Source: Patulibacter sp.
GTDB taxonomy: Bacteria > Actinomycetota > Thermoleophilia > Solirubrobacterales > Solirubrobacteraceae
DNA length: 37,425 nt
NCBI GenBank assembly: GCA_041648495.1
Contig: JBAZOW010000001.1
Coordinates: forward strand, 1-37,425
Reading direction: 5' to 3'
The notes beneath the pieces are model-generated. The model saw only the letters and a list, made by a program, of their open reading frames with translations, searched no databases and was not told where the DNA came from. A program made the translations under genes and the position numbers. Shown here one piece after another: positions 19,840-28,513 of the stretch (position 1 is its first letter; every line of letters starts with the position of its first letter).

Positions 19840-21171
19840 ATGGCCCGCGACTCGCAGGTCGACTGGACGGCAGCCCTGACGGTGCCGGCTCCGTCGTCCG
19901 ACCGCAGCGACACGCCACCGCCGCTGACCTGGCGTCAGACGGCGCTGGCCGTGCTGCCCGCGTTCCTGGTGACCCGGTTGGTGGTCGTGATCTCGGGGAT
20001 CGTCGCGATCCAGATCTGGGGGGTCAAGGCCGTCCAGGACGTCTACGACCCCGCCCGCTACACGACCGCGCTGGGCGACCTGGCCAGCACGGTGATCGGA
20101 CCGCTGGCCCGCTGGGACGCCGTCTGGTACATCGACATCGCCGAGGTCGGCTACCCGACCGACTACGCGCCGCGGACCGCGTTCTTCCCGCTCTATCCGA
20201 TGCTGCTGCGGCTGGGCGGCTGGTTCGTCGGGTCGCCGCTGGTCGCCGGGCTGCTGATCTCGCTGGTCTGCGCGTTCGTCGGCACGATGCTGTTCCACCG
20301 GCTGACCGACCTGGAGCTGGGCCGCCCCGCCGCCAAGGCCGCGACCTGGGCGCTGCTCGCGTTCCCCGGGTCGATGTGGTTCACCGCGGTCTACTCCGAG
20401 GGCCTGTTCCTGCTGCTGTCGGTCGGCTGCCTGCTGGCCGCCCGCCAGCACGCCTGGGCGGTCGCCGGAACGCTCGGTGCGCTGGCCTCGGCCACCCGCA
20501 GCGCCGGCGTGGTGCTGATGGTCCCGTTGGCGCTGATCGCCTGGGAGCAGTACCGCCAACGACCGCGACCCGCCGACCCGCGGGCCGAGGTCGGCTGGCG
20601 CGAGTGGCCGTGGCGACGCCCGGCGATCGCCGTCGCCAGCGTGCCGATCGGGATCCTCGCCTACGTGCTGGTGCTGCGGGTGATCGGGCACTCGTGGATG
20701 ACGTCGTTCGACCAGCAGCAGGAGTGGGGTCGCGAGAACGTCGGCCCGATCTCGGGGCTGCTGCGCGCGATCGGCGCGGCCGGCGACGGGGTCGCCCAGC
20801 TGCTCGGCACCGCCCCCGAGGCCAGCGCCGCGACGCCCGGTGCGGAGTGGATGAACCCGCTGCTGCTGATCTTCCTGGCCGCCGGGCTGATCGCGCTGGT
20901 CGGCGTGGCGCGGCGGTTGCCCCTCGCCTACGCGGCCTACGTCGGCTGCGCGCTGCTGTTGCCGTTGAGCGCGCCGGCGGTCGGTGGCGGCGAGCCGTTG
21001 ATGTCGCTGCCGCGGTTCCTCGGCGTGCTGTTCCCGCTGGCGATGTGGCTCGGCTGGTGGGTCTCGCGCCCGCCGCACGCCCGGCGGCGGGGCCCCGCCC
21101 TGCTGGTCGTCGGCCTGCTGATGCTCGCGGGGGTCTCGATGCTGACCGCCCGCTGGGTCTTCGTGGCGTAG
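19840..21171 (+). CDS. GT-C fold mannosyltransferase, PIG-V/Gpi18-like family
   Basis: RWDAVWYIDIAEVGY, AFFPLYP, AVYSEGLFLLL, ASATRSAG, SLPRF...FP; many TM helices; ATG at 19840. Confidence 0.85.
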   Translation: MARDSQVDWTAALTVPAPSSDRSDTPPPLTWRQTALAVLPAFLVTRLVVVISGIVAIQIWGVKAVQDVYDPARYTTALGDLASTVIGPLARWDAVWYIDIAEVGYPTDYAPRTAFFPLYPMLLRLGGWFVGSPLVAGLLISLVCAFVGTMLFHRLTDLELGRPAAKAATWALLAFPGSMWFTAVYSEGLFLLLSVGCLLAARQHAWAVAGTLGALASATRSAGVVLMVPLALIAWEQYRQRPRPADPRAEVGWREWPWRRPAIAVASVPIGILAYVLVLRVIGHSWMTSFDQQQEWGRENVGPISGLLRAIGAAGDGVAQLLGTAPEASAATPGAEWMNPLLLIFLAAGLIALVGVARRLPLAYAAYVGCALLLPLSAPAVGGGEPLMSLPRFLGVLFPLAMWLGWWVSRPPHARRRGPALLVVGLLMLAGVSMLTARWVFVA

Positions 21172-21285
21172 GCGGCCGGCCGACGGCGCGGGATCGCGGC
21201 GACCCGTGCGCTCGAGGTCGCCGTAGAGGTTCGACACGCAGTGCGTGCTCAACCTCGACGGCGTCGCCTCGCTAGCCTCACGAGC

Positions 21286-22224
21286 GTGAACATTGGCGTC
21301 CCCCCGTCGCAACCGTCTCCGCTCGGAACCGCGACGACCACCGCGAACGCCGACGAGGACGCCACCGAGGGGACCCACTGGGGCGCCGGTCCGGCGTTCC
21401 TGGCCCTGATCGCCACCTTCGGCGTCACGCTGTTCGTCGGGATCCCCGCGCTGCTGATCGGCGAGGACACGACGACCGGCGAGATCGTCGGCAACGCCGT
21501 CTCGTCGGTGCTGCAGAACGCCGCGTTCGTCGCGATCCCGGTGCTGATCCTGGCGCTGCTGATGGTCGGGCCGCTGCGTCGTCGGGACTTCGGGTTGGTC
21601 GTTCCCCAGCGCAAGTGGGTCTTCGTCGGCCTGATCGTCGCCGCGTTCTTCGCCTACCTGGTGCTGGCCGCCGGGCTCGGCGTGCTGCTCGGGATCGAGG
21701 GCGAGCAGGACGACCTGCCCGAGAAGCTCGGGGCCAAGGAGACGGTCCTCGCCGGCCTGGTGATCGCCTTCTGCGTCACGGTCTTCGCCCCGATCGGCGA
21801 GGAGTTCCTGCTCCGCGGGGTGCTCTTCCCCGGCCTGCGCAACAGCCTCAGCCGCGTCTCGCCGATGTGGGTCGCGATCGCGATCGCCGCGATCGTCGAC
21901 GGCATCCTCTTCGGAGCGCTGCACGTCGCGGGGTCGAAGGCGATCTTCCTGCCGGTGCTGGCGCTGTTCGGGGTGATCCTCTGCCTGCTCTACCAGTTCA
22001 CCGGATCGCTCTACGCGCCGATCGTGCTGCACGCGACCAACAACACGATCGCGATCACCAACGCGCTCGACTGGAAGTTCCACAGCGGCGTGATCCTCTG
22101 GGTGGTCGCGCTCTGCTCGCTGGCGCTGATCGGCTGGATCGTCAAGCGGCTCGGCGTGACGGTCGGTCCCCTGGGGCGGGGTCGGCCCGAGCCGGCGGAG
22201 GCCGGCGAGGCGAGCGGAACCTAG
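21286..22224 (+). CDS. CPBP (Abi/CAAX, Rce1-like) intramembrane glutamic endopeptidase
   Basis: APIGEEFLLRG (EExxxR), FGALH (FxxxH), HATNN (HxxxN); multi-TM; GTG start 7 nt after TAGCCT. Confidence 0.92.
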   Translation: MNIGVPPSQPSPLGTATTTANADEDATEGTHWGAGPAFLALIATFGVTLFVGIPALLIGEDTTTGEIVGNAVSSVLQNAAFVAIPVLILALLMVGPLRRRDFGLVVPQRKWVFVGLIVAAFFAYLVLAAGLGVLLGIEGEQDDLPEKLGAKETVLAGLVIAFCVTVFAPIGEEFLLRGVLFPGLRNSLSRVSPMWVAIAIAAIVDGILFGALHVAGSKAIFLPVLALFGVILCLLYQFTGSLYAPIVLHATNNTIAITNALDWKFHSGVILWVVALCSLALIGWIVKRLGVTVGPLGRGRPEPAEAGEASGT

Positions 22225-22277
22225 AACCGGCAGTGGGTCGCCCCCGGATCCGCGTCGCGCGGGTATACGCTTCCCAC

Positions 22278-23324
22278 ATGATTCGTCCCGGAGGGCACCG
22301 TCGCCGAACCCTGACCGCCGTCGGCGCGGGGTTGCTGTTGAGCGTCGGGGCCGCGTCCGGGGCGTCCGCGCAGGCACCAGCGGTCCCGGCCCCACCCGCC
22401 CCCGCTCCGGTTCCGGTTCCGGCGCCGGCGCCCGTCCCCGAGCCCGCCCCGGCCCCGATCCCCGCGAAGCTGCGGCTGTCGACCCAGGGCACCGGAGGCG
22501 GCGTGCTCAAGGGCGACCGTTGGCGCGCGGTCGTGACGATCACCCCCGCGGTGCCGGGCACCAAGGCGACCGTCACGTTCAAGGCCAAGGGCGGCAAGAC
22601 CCGCACCCGCACGGTCACGCTCCGCGCGAGCAAGAACGGCAAGCGTGCCGTCGGTCGCCTGGACTACCGCAACCGCGGGACCGGCCGGGTCGTCGTCCGC
22701 GCCCGGATCCGCAAGGGGCAGCCCGCCGCACCGGTCCGCGCGAAGAGCGTGGCGGTCAACCAGGCCACCCCCTCGTTGTCGCCCGGCGAGCGCGGCCCGG
22801 CCGTGCGGATCCTCCAGTCGCTGCTGCGGAAGAAGGGCTACGTGATCGGCAAGCCCGGGACCTTCGACGCGCGCACGCAGCGCGCCGTGATCGCCTTCCG
22901 CAAGGTCGCCGGGATGCAGTGGAGCTCGGTCGCCAACGAGGCGGTCTTCCGCGCGGCGCGCGCCGGCAAGGGGACCTTCAGGGTGCGGTTCCCCAAGCAC
23001 GGCCGCCACGTCGAGGGCGACATCGGCCGCCAGGTGCTGGTGCTCGTCGGCGCCAACGGCAAGCCCGAGCGGATCTACCACACGTCCCCCGGCGCGGGCG
23101 CGACGCCGACGATCCGCGGCAGCTACCGGGTCTACATGCGCGACCCCGGCACGAACGCCAAGGGGATGTACAAGTCGTCGTACTTCATCCGCGGCTACGC
23201 GATCCACGGCTACCCGTCGGTCCCGCTCTACAACGCCAGTCACGGCTGCTTCCGCGTGCCGATGGCCGACGCGGTCTCGATCTACAACTGGATCTCGATG
23301 GGGATGCGGGTCGACACGTACTGA
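22278..23324 (+). CDS. Secreted L,D-transpeptidase (YkuD family) with Pro-rich linker and peptidoglycan-binding domain
   Basis: Signal peptide ending ASA, PAPAP linker, PG-binding-like GERGPAVRILQSLL...GTFDARTQRAVIAF, catalytic AIHG...ASHGCFR; ATG at 22278. Confidence 0.9.
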   Translation: MIRPGGHRRRTLTAVGAGLLLSVGAASGASAQAPAVPAPPAPAPVPVPAPAPVPEPAPAPIPAKLRLSTQGTGGGVLKGDRWRAVVTITPAVPGTKATVTFKAKGGKTRTRTVTLRASKNGKRAVGRLDYRNRGTGRVVVRARIRKGQPAAPVRAKSVAVNQATPSLSPGERGPAVRILQSLLRKKGYVIGKPGTFDARTQRAVIAFRKVAGMQWSSVANEAVFRAARAGKGTFRVRFPKHGRHVEGDIGRQVLVLVGANGKPERIYHTSPGAGATPTIRGSYRVYMRDPGTNAKGMYKSSYFIRGYAIHGYPSVPLYNASHGCFRVPMADAVSIYNWISMGMRVDTY

Positions 23325-23383
23325 GCCGCGGGCGGGGCGCGGGCGGGGCGCCGGCGGGGCGCGGGCGGGCAGGCAGAGCCGAC

Positions 23384-23436
23384 CGGGAGCGTGTCGACTT
23401 GTCCGGGATAGCTCGGGAGAAGTCGACACGCTCCCG
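23384..23436. repeat. 17-bp perfect inverted repeat (REP-like hairpin) upstream of pyrE
   Basis: CGGGAGCGTGTCGACTT (23384-23400), 19-nt spacer, AAGTCGACACGCTCCCG (23420-23436). Confidence 0.85.
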
Positions 23437-23469
23437 TGGCCGCCGGCACCGTAGGATCGGCGGCGACCC

Positions 23470-24030
23470 ATGAGCACCACCGCCGATCCGAAGTCCACCC
23501 TGGTCGCCGAGCTGCGCAAGCACGCGCTGGTGATCGGCGACGTCACGCTGACCAGCGGCAAGCAGGCGTCCTACTACGTCGACGCCAAGCGCGCGATCCT
23601 GCTGCCGGCCGGCTTCCAGGCGCTCGGTGCGTTGGTTGCCGACGAGGCCCAGCGGCTCGGCGGGACCGCGATCGGCGGAATGACGATGGGGGCCGACCCG
23701 GTCGCCTGCGCCGGCCTCGCGGGCGGCTTCGACGGCAAGGCGTTCTTCGTCCGCAAGGCGAGCAAGGCCCACGGCCTGCAGCGCCGGGTCGAGGGGCCGT
23801 TCCTGACCGACGACGACCGGTGCGTGGTCGTCGAGGACATCGTCACCACAGGCGGATCGACCGTCGAGGCGATCGAGGCGCTGCAGGCCGAGGGCCGGAC
23901 GATCGTCGGCGTGATCTCGGTGCTCGACCGGCTGGCCGGCGGCGCTGACCGGATCACCGCGGCCTGCGGCGCCCCGTACGTGGCGCTGACCACGATCGAC
24001 GAGATCTACCCGGACCGTCCGGCGAGCTGA
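23470..24030 (+). CDS. pyrE: Orotate phosphoribosyltransferase
   Basis: GDVTLTSGKQASYYVDAK, FFVRKASKAHG, PRPP motif VVVEDIVTTGGS, VLDR. Confidence 0.95.
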   Translation: MSTTADPKSTLVAELRKHALVIGDVTLTSGKQASYYVDAKRAILLPAGFQALGALVADEAQRLGGTAIGGMTMGADPVACAGLAGGFDGKAFFVRKASKAHGLQRRVEGPFLTDDDRCVVVEDIVTTGGSTVEAIEALQAEGRTIVGVISVLDRLAGGADRITAACGAPYVALTTIDEIYPDRPAS

Positions 24031-24084
24031 GGCTGCGGTCGGGGCCCGCCCCGACCCGACCCGCGCCAGCCCGAACACGTCTCG

Positions 24085-25074
24085 ATGCCCGCCCCGACGG
24101 TCCTGATCGCGCCGGACAGCTTCAAGGGCACGTTCCCCGCCGCGGCGGTGGCGGACGCACTCGCCGGCGGGGTCCGGGAGGCGGGCGGCATAGCGATCGT
24201 CCTGCCGATCGCCGACGGTGGCGAGGGCACGCTCGACGCGTTGGTGACGGCCCGCCGGGGCTCCGTCGTGCCGCAAACCGTGTCGGGACCGCTGGGCGAT
24301 CCGGTCGACGCCTGCTTCGCACTGCTCGACCCGCGGACCGCCGTGGTCGAGATGGCCGCGGCGAGCGGGCTGACGCTGGTCCCGCCCGAGCGCCGCGACG
24401 CCTACGCCGCGTCGACCCGCGGCACCGGCGAGCTGATCGCGGCGGCGGTCGAAGCGGGCGCCGAGCACGTGATCGTCGGCGTCGGCGGATCGGCGACGAC
24501 CGACGGCGGCCTCGGGGCGGTCGAGGAGCTCGACCGTCGAGGGGTCGACGTCCGGCTGTCGGTGGTCTGCGACGTCGAGACGCCCTGGGAGGACGCCCCG
24601 CGCGTCTTCGGGCCGCAAAAGGGCGCCGACCCGGCGACCGTGCGCCGACTCGAGGCGCGGCTCGATGCCCTGGCCGACCGGGCCCCGCGCGATCCGCGGG
24701 GTGTGCCGCGGACCGGAGCGGCGGGGGGCCTGGCCGGCGGACTCTGGGCGTTCCGTGAGGCCGAGTTGCTGCCCGGCGCGGCGTACGTGCTCGACGCGGT
24801 CGGTTTCGACGCTCCGCTGGCGCAGGCCACGCTGGTCGTGACCGGCGAGGGCGGGCTCGACGAGCAGACCTTCGCCGACAAGGCCGTCGGCGAGGTGGCG
24901 CGGCGGGCCGGCCGGGCCGGGGTCCCGTGCGTCGCGGTCGTCGGCCGGACACGGCTCTCCGCGGTCCGCGCCCGTGAGCTCGGACTCGACCGCGTGATCG
25001 AGGCTCCGACTCTGGGCGAGCTGCGGGACGCCGGGCGCGAGATCGCCGCGGACCTGACCGCGGATCGCCGCTGA
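24085..25074 (+). CDS. glxK: Glycerate kinase (GlxK/GarK family)
   Basis: LIAPDSFKG, PIADGGEGT, EMAAASGL, GVGGSATTDGG, FGPQKGA, GAAGG, VTGEG. Confidence 0.92.
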   Translation: MPAPTVLIAPDSFKGTFPAAAVADALAGGVREAGGIAIVLPIADGGEGTLDALVTARRGSVVPQTVSGPLGDPVDACFALLDPRTAVVEMAAASGLTLVPPERRDAYAASTRGTGELIAAAVEAGAEHVIVGVGGSATTDGGLGAVEELDRRGVDVRLSVVCDVETPWEDAPRVFGPQKGADPATVRRLEARLDALADRAPRDPRGVPRTGAAGGLAGGLWAFREAELLPGAAYVLDAVGFDAPLAQATLVVTGEGGLDEQTFADKAVGEVARRAGRAGVPCVAVVGRTRLSAVRARELGLDRVIEAPTLGELRDAGREIAADLTADRR

Positions 25075-25172
25075 CGCCGCCGCGGTTCACCGTCCCTCGC
25101 ACCCGGCCCGCCGAGCCGGACGAGCACCGGTTCGATGTCGCTCCGGCGACTCCGCAGTACATCCGTGCCCCA

Positions 25173-25201
25173 TATTCAAGCTTTTGGATTAAGCTTGAAT
25201 A
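25173..25201 (+). promoter_or_regulatory. AT-rich 11-bp perfect inverted repeat overlapping the -10 element of the Fic gene (putative operator)
   Basis: TATTCAAGCTT-N7-AAGCTTGAATA ends 1 nt before the ATG; contains TAAGCT at 25190-25195. Confidence 0.7.
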
Positions 25202-25202
25202 C

Positions 25203-26480
25203 ATGGCGGGGACGATCAAGGCTACGTGGGAGCCCACCTTCGATCTAGGGCTCCCTCGTAAGGCCCGCCGCGGGTGCGCCTACGACGCGTACCTTCCGGA
25301 CCGCCTGGCCGACCGAGAGTTCCTGCTCAACAGCGAGACGTCGGCCGACGTCGGCGATGCCGAACGAGACGTCTACCGGCTGAACGAGCGGTCGACCGCG
25401 CTGCTCGACTCCGAGGCCGTCGCCCGGCTGCTCCTGCGCGCCGAGGCGGTCGCCTCGTCGAAGATCGAAGGCCTCCAGATCGGCGGACGGCGCCTGCTCA
25501 AGGCCCAGCTGGCCCGGGAGACCGACGATCCGCAGCAGGACGTGACCGCAACCGAGATCCTCAACAACGTCGATGCGATGCGCTGGGCCGTCGAGACGCT
25601 GACCGACGGCCGGGACCTGGAAGTCGCCGACCTGCAGGAAGTCCACCGACGGCTCGTGACCGGCACCGACCTGGAGTCGCACGGAGGGACCGTTCGCGAA
25701 GAGCAGAACTGGATCGGCGGCAGCAACTTCAACCCGTGCAGTGCCGTCTTCGTTCCGCCCCCGCCAGACCGTGTGCAGGATCTGCTGGAGGATCTCTGCA
25801 CGTTCATGAACCAGGACCGACTGCCCGCCATCGCACAGGCCGCTATCGCCCACGCGCAGTTCGAGACGATCCATCCGTTCGTGGACGGCAACGGCCGGAC
25901 GGGCCGCGCGCTCGTCCACGTGGTGCTTCGGAGGCGCGGCCTCGCGCCGCGAGTGGTGCCCCCGATCTCCCTGGTGCTCGCGACGTGGTCGACCGATTAC
26001 GTGAACGGCCTCATGCGGACCCGTCATCTCGGAAGCCCGGACGCCCCCGAGGCGATCGACGCCCTGAACGACTGGGTCGCCCTGTTCGCAAGCGCCTGTC
26101 GACGCGCGGTGCACGACGCCGAGCTCTACGAGCACCGCGTCGCCGAGATCCAGGCGGCATGGCGGGAGAGACTCGGGACGATCCGACGCGGATCCGCCGT
26201 CGAGCGAGTGATCGGACTGCTCCCGGGGGCCCCGATCGTCACCGTCAAGAGCGCGGCGATGCTCGCCGGCCGGAGCGTCCAGGCCGTCAACGACGCGATC
26301 CCGCGTCTGGTCGAGGCGCGGGTGCTCTCCCCCACGACGCTCGGCCGGAGGAACCGGGCGTTCGAGGCCGCCGAGCTGCTCGACGCCTTCAACGCCCTCG
26401 AACGACAGCTGGCGAGCCCGGACGGCGACACGAACTCGTCGCCTCCCCGCCGGTCGGTCCCCGCACGTACCGATCGTTGA
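25203..26480 (+). CDS. Fic-domain protein (class II type, N-terminal inhibitory helix) with C-terminal HTH-like region
   Basis: Canonical HPFVDGNGRTGR, inhibitory (S/T)xxxE(G/N) motif in SSKIEG, REEQNWIGG, C-terminal TVKSAAMLAGRSVQAVNDAIPRL. Confidence 0.95.
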   Translation: MAGTIKATWEPTFDLGLPRKARRGCAYDAYLPDRLADREFLLNSETSADVGDAERDVYRLNERSTALLDSEAVARLLLRAEAVASSKIEGLQIGGRRLLKAQLARETDDPQQDVTATEILNNVDAMRWAVETLTDGRDLEVADLQEVHRRLVTGTDLESHGGTVREEQNWIGGSNFNPCSAVFVPPPPDRVQDLLEDLCTFMNQDRLPAIAQAAIAHAQFETIHPFVDGNGRTGRALVHVVLRRRGLAPRVVPPISLVLATWSTDYVNGLMRTRHLGSPDAPEAIDALNDWVALFASACRRAVHDAELYEHRVAEIQAAWRERLGTIRRGSAVERVIGLLPGAPIVTVKSAAMLAGRSVQAVNDAIPRLVEARVLSPTTLGRRNRAFEAAELLDAFNALERQLASPDGDTNSSPPRRSVPARTDR

Positions 26481-26562
26481 GGCACCCACGCATGCGTTCC
26501 CTGTTGTGGCATGTCCGCGACCCAGCCGGGAACGCGAGAAGCCACTAGGGTTTCCGACGCAC

Positions 26563-26634
26563 GCCCCCGTAGCTCAGTGGATAGAGCATTGGTTTCCTAA
26601 ACCATGTGCGCAAGTTCGATTCTTGCCGGGGGCG
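26563..26634 (+). tRNA. tRNA-Arg (anticodon CCT), CCA not encoded
   Basis: Acceptor stem GCCCCCG/CGGGGGC, D arm GCTC-AGTGGATA-GAGC, anticodon loop TTCCTAA, T arm GCAAG-TTCGATT-CTTGC. Confidence 0.96.
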
Positions 26635-26669
26635 CTGGCGGCGAAGCGCTGAGTTCCCGAGGACCCGGG

Positions 26670-27599
26670 CTACGGCGCCACCTGCTCCACGCCCCGGGTC
26701 GGGCGCATTGCCCACTCCGGGCGGCCCGAGACGGGCGGGGCGATCGGGAAGCCGGCCAGCAGGAACCGCAGCGGCGGGGGGCCGCCCCACTGGTTGATCG
26801 TCGTGGGGTCCATCGGCCAGGCGCGCGGCACGTAGTCGCCGTCCTCGGTCAGCTGGACCAGCTCGGAGCAGTGCTCGATCATCGCGCCGTCGTGGTCGAG
26901 GTGGTACGCGAAGTGGTTGTTGCCCGGGCCGTGGCGGCTCGGCCCCCAGATCAGCTTGCGGCCGCGGGTCGCGCGCAGCCGGTCGGCGACCCGCCCGAGC
27001 GCGTTGAGATCGGGCCAGGCGTAGGCGTAGTGCGAGAGCTCGGCCTTCGGCGCCCAGACGACGGCGATCCCGTGGTGGTCCGGGTCGCAGTGCCACCAGC
27101 TCGCCAACGGGCCCATCCGGTCGGAGAAGCGCATCCCGAGGCCGTTCGCGAGGAAGCGCTCGAACCGGCGGGTGTTGCGGACCTTCACCGACACGTGCTC
27201 GAACTTGAGCGGACGGTCGCCCGGCGGCGGCGCCGCGCCGACCTGCATACCCGCGAACAGCTTGAAGACGTGACCCTCGGGGCCGCGGACCTTCAGCGCA
27301 CGATCGATGCCGGGCTCGCCGTCGTAGACCTTGCCCAGGGGCGTGCCGCCCGCCGCAACCGCTCGCCGGCCGAGGCCTTCGAGATCGGCGGCGTCGGCGA
27401 CCTCCAGCGCGATGTGGTCGTAGCCGCGGTGGAGCGGATCCTCGATCAGGATCAGCTCGTGATGGCGTTCGTTGCAGGTCAGGTACGACACGCCGGCGGC
27501 GCGCTCGTTCTCGACCATGCCGACGACGTCCTGCTGGAACTGGACGGCGCGGTCGAGGTCGGGGACGCGCAGGGCGATGTGCCCGATACGGGTGATCAC
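26670..27599 (-). CDS. VOC-family type I extradiol ring-cleavage dioxygenase (catechol 2,3-dioxygenase-like)
   Basis: ITRIGHIALRVPDL, FEHVSV, HHGIA, LSHYAY, RHGPGNNHFAYHLDHDGAMIE give the His/His/Glu metal triad; GTG start overlaps the upstream stop. Confidence 0.85.
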   Translation of the reverse strand: MITRIGHIALRVPDLDRAVQFQQDVVGMVENERAAGVSYLTCNERHHELILIEDPLHRGYDHIALEVADAADLEGLGRRAVAAGGTPLGKVYDGEPGIDRALKVRGPEGHVFKLFAGMQVGAAPPPGDRPLKFEHVSVKVRNTRRFERFLANGLGMRFSDRMGPLASWWHCDPDHHGIAVVWAPKAELSHYAYAWPDLNALGRVADRLRATRGRKLIWGPSRHGPGNNHFAYHLDHDGAMIEHCSELVQLTEDGDYVPRAWPMDPTTINQWGGPPPLRFLLAGFPIAPPVSGRPEWAMRPTRGVEQVAP

Positions 27600-28513
27600 G
27601 GTCGGAACCTCTCTCGGGTGGCTCGTGCGGGGGCCGAGGGAGGCGCCGGCACGGGAACGGGAACGGGGCGGGAACGGCGGCGCGAGAACGCCTCCCCGTG
27701 GCGGATCAGGAACTGCTCGATCGGAACGGCGGGACGGCCGGTGAGCCGGCGGACGGCGTCGGTCGGTGCGGCGGCGGCGCCGGACCGCAGGAACGCCGCC
27801 ATCCGGACCGCGTGATCGATCGCCCACGGGGTCTCGCCGCGGGCGCGCAGCGCCGCGGCGGTGACGCCGAGCGGCAGCCGGACGATCCGGGCGTTCAGCG
27901 CCCGGGCGATCTCGCGGTGCGTGACCGGGCGGGGGCCGGTGATCGTGTAGCCGGCGCGGCCGAGGGTCGGTGCGGCCAGGAGCGCCACGGCACACGCGGC
28001 GACGTCCTCGGCGTCGACCATCGCGATCGGCTCGTCGGCGAACGGCCCGACCACCACTCCGGTCTTCCGGGCCACCGGGGCCACCTGCTCCAGCAGGTTC
28101 TGCATCAGGAACGGCGGCCGTAGGTGCGCGAACTCCAGGCCCGAGTCCTCGATCCGTCCTTCGCTGCGCCAGTGGCCCACCGCGGTGGAGGTCGGTCCGT
28201 TGGGGGACAAGGAGGCCGCCCCGCCCGAGATCTTCACGATCCCCGCGACTCCCACCGCGATCGCCGCGTCGATCGCGGCCGCCTCCAGCAGATCCTGGTC
28301 CCGGCCGTGGGGCGTCAGCAGGAACAGCCGCTCGCAACCGCGGAGCGCGGCCCGCAGCGACGCCGGATCACGCAGGTCGGCCGCCACGGTCGGAACGGGC
28401 AGCCCGGCGGTCGCCGGATCGCGCACGAGCGCGCGCACCGGCAGGCCCCGTTCGTGCAGCAGGTGGGCGACCGGCCGGCCGATCCGACCGGTGGCGCCGA
28501 GCAGCGCGATCAT
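27596..28513 (-). CDS. NmrA-like NAD(P)-binding atypical SDR
   Basis: MIALLGATGRIG, ADLRDPASL, LRPPFLMQN, MVDAEDVA, YTITGP; ATGA overlap with the upstream gene. Confidence 0.88.
   Translation of the reverse strand: MIALLGATGRIGRPVAHLLHERGLPVRALVRDPATAGLPVPTVAADLRDPASLRAALRGCERLFLLTPHGRDQDLLEAAAIDAAIAVGVAGIVKISGGAASLSPNGPTSTAVGHWRSEGRIEDSGLEFAHLRPPFLMQNLLEQVAPVARKTGVVVGPFADEPIAMVDAEDVAACAVALLAAPTLGRAGYTITGPRPVTHREIARALNARIVRLPLGVTAAALRARGETPWAIDHAVRMAAFLRSGAAAAPTDAVRRLTGRPAVPIEQFLIRHGEAFSRRRSRPVPVPVPAPPSAPARATRERFRP

Noticed and set aside
16755-21275. Very long alternative-frame ORFs (e.g. 16755..21275 +, 4459..7242 -, 4734..7139 +, 10539..13193 -, 19702..22395 -, 27970..30399 +)
   Set aside because: Arg/Gly/Pro-rich or antisense shadows of well-supported genes; stop codons are scarce in very GC-rich DNA and these frames show no family motifs.
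23384-23469. PyrR attenuator upstream of pyrE
   Set aside because: No PyrR binding-loop consensus or U-tract; the hairpin lies upstream of the likely -10 element, so it would not be in the pyrE leader.
27600-27690. GGGAAC short repeats giving a PVPVPVPAPP tail on the NmrA-like protein, considered as a frameshift
   Set aside because: The frame stays open and ends in a GTGA overlap with the next gene, so a low-complexity tail is the simpler reading.
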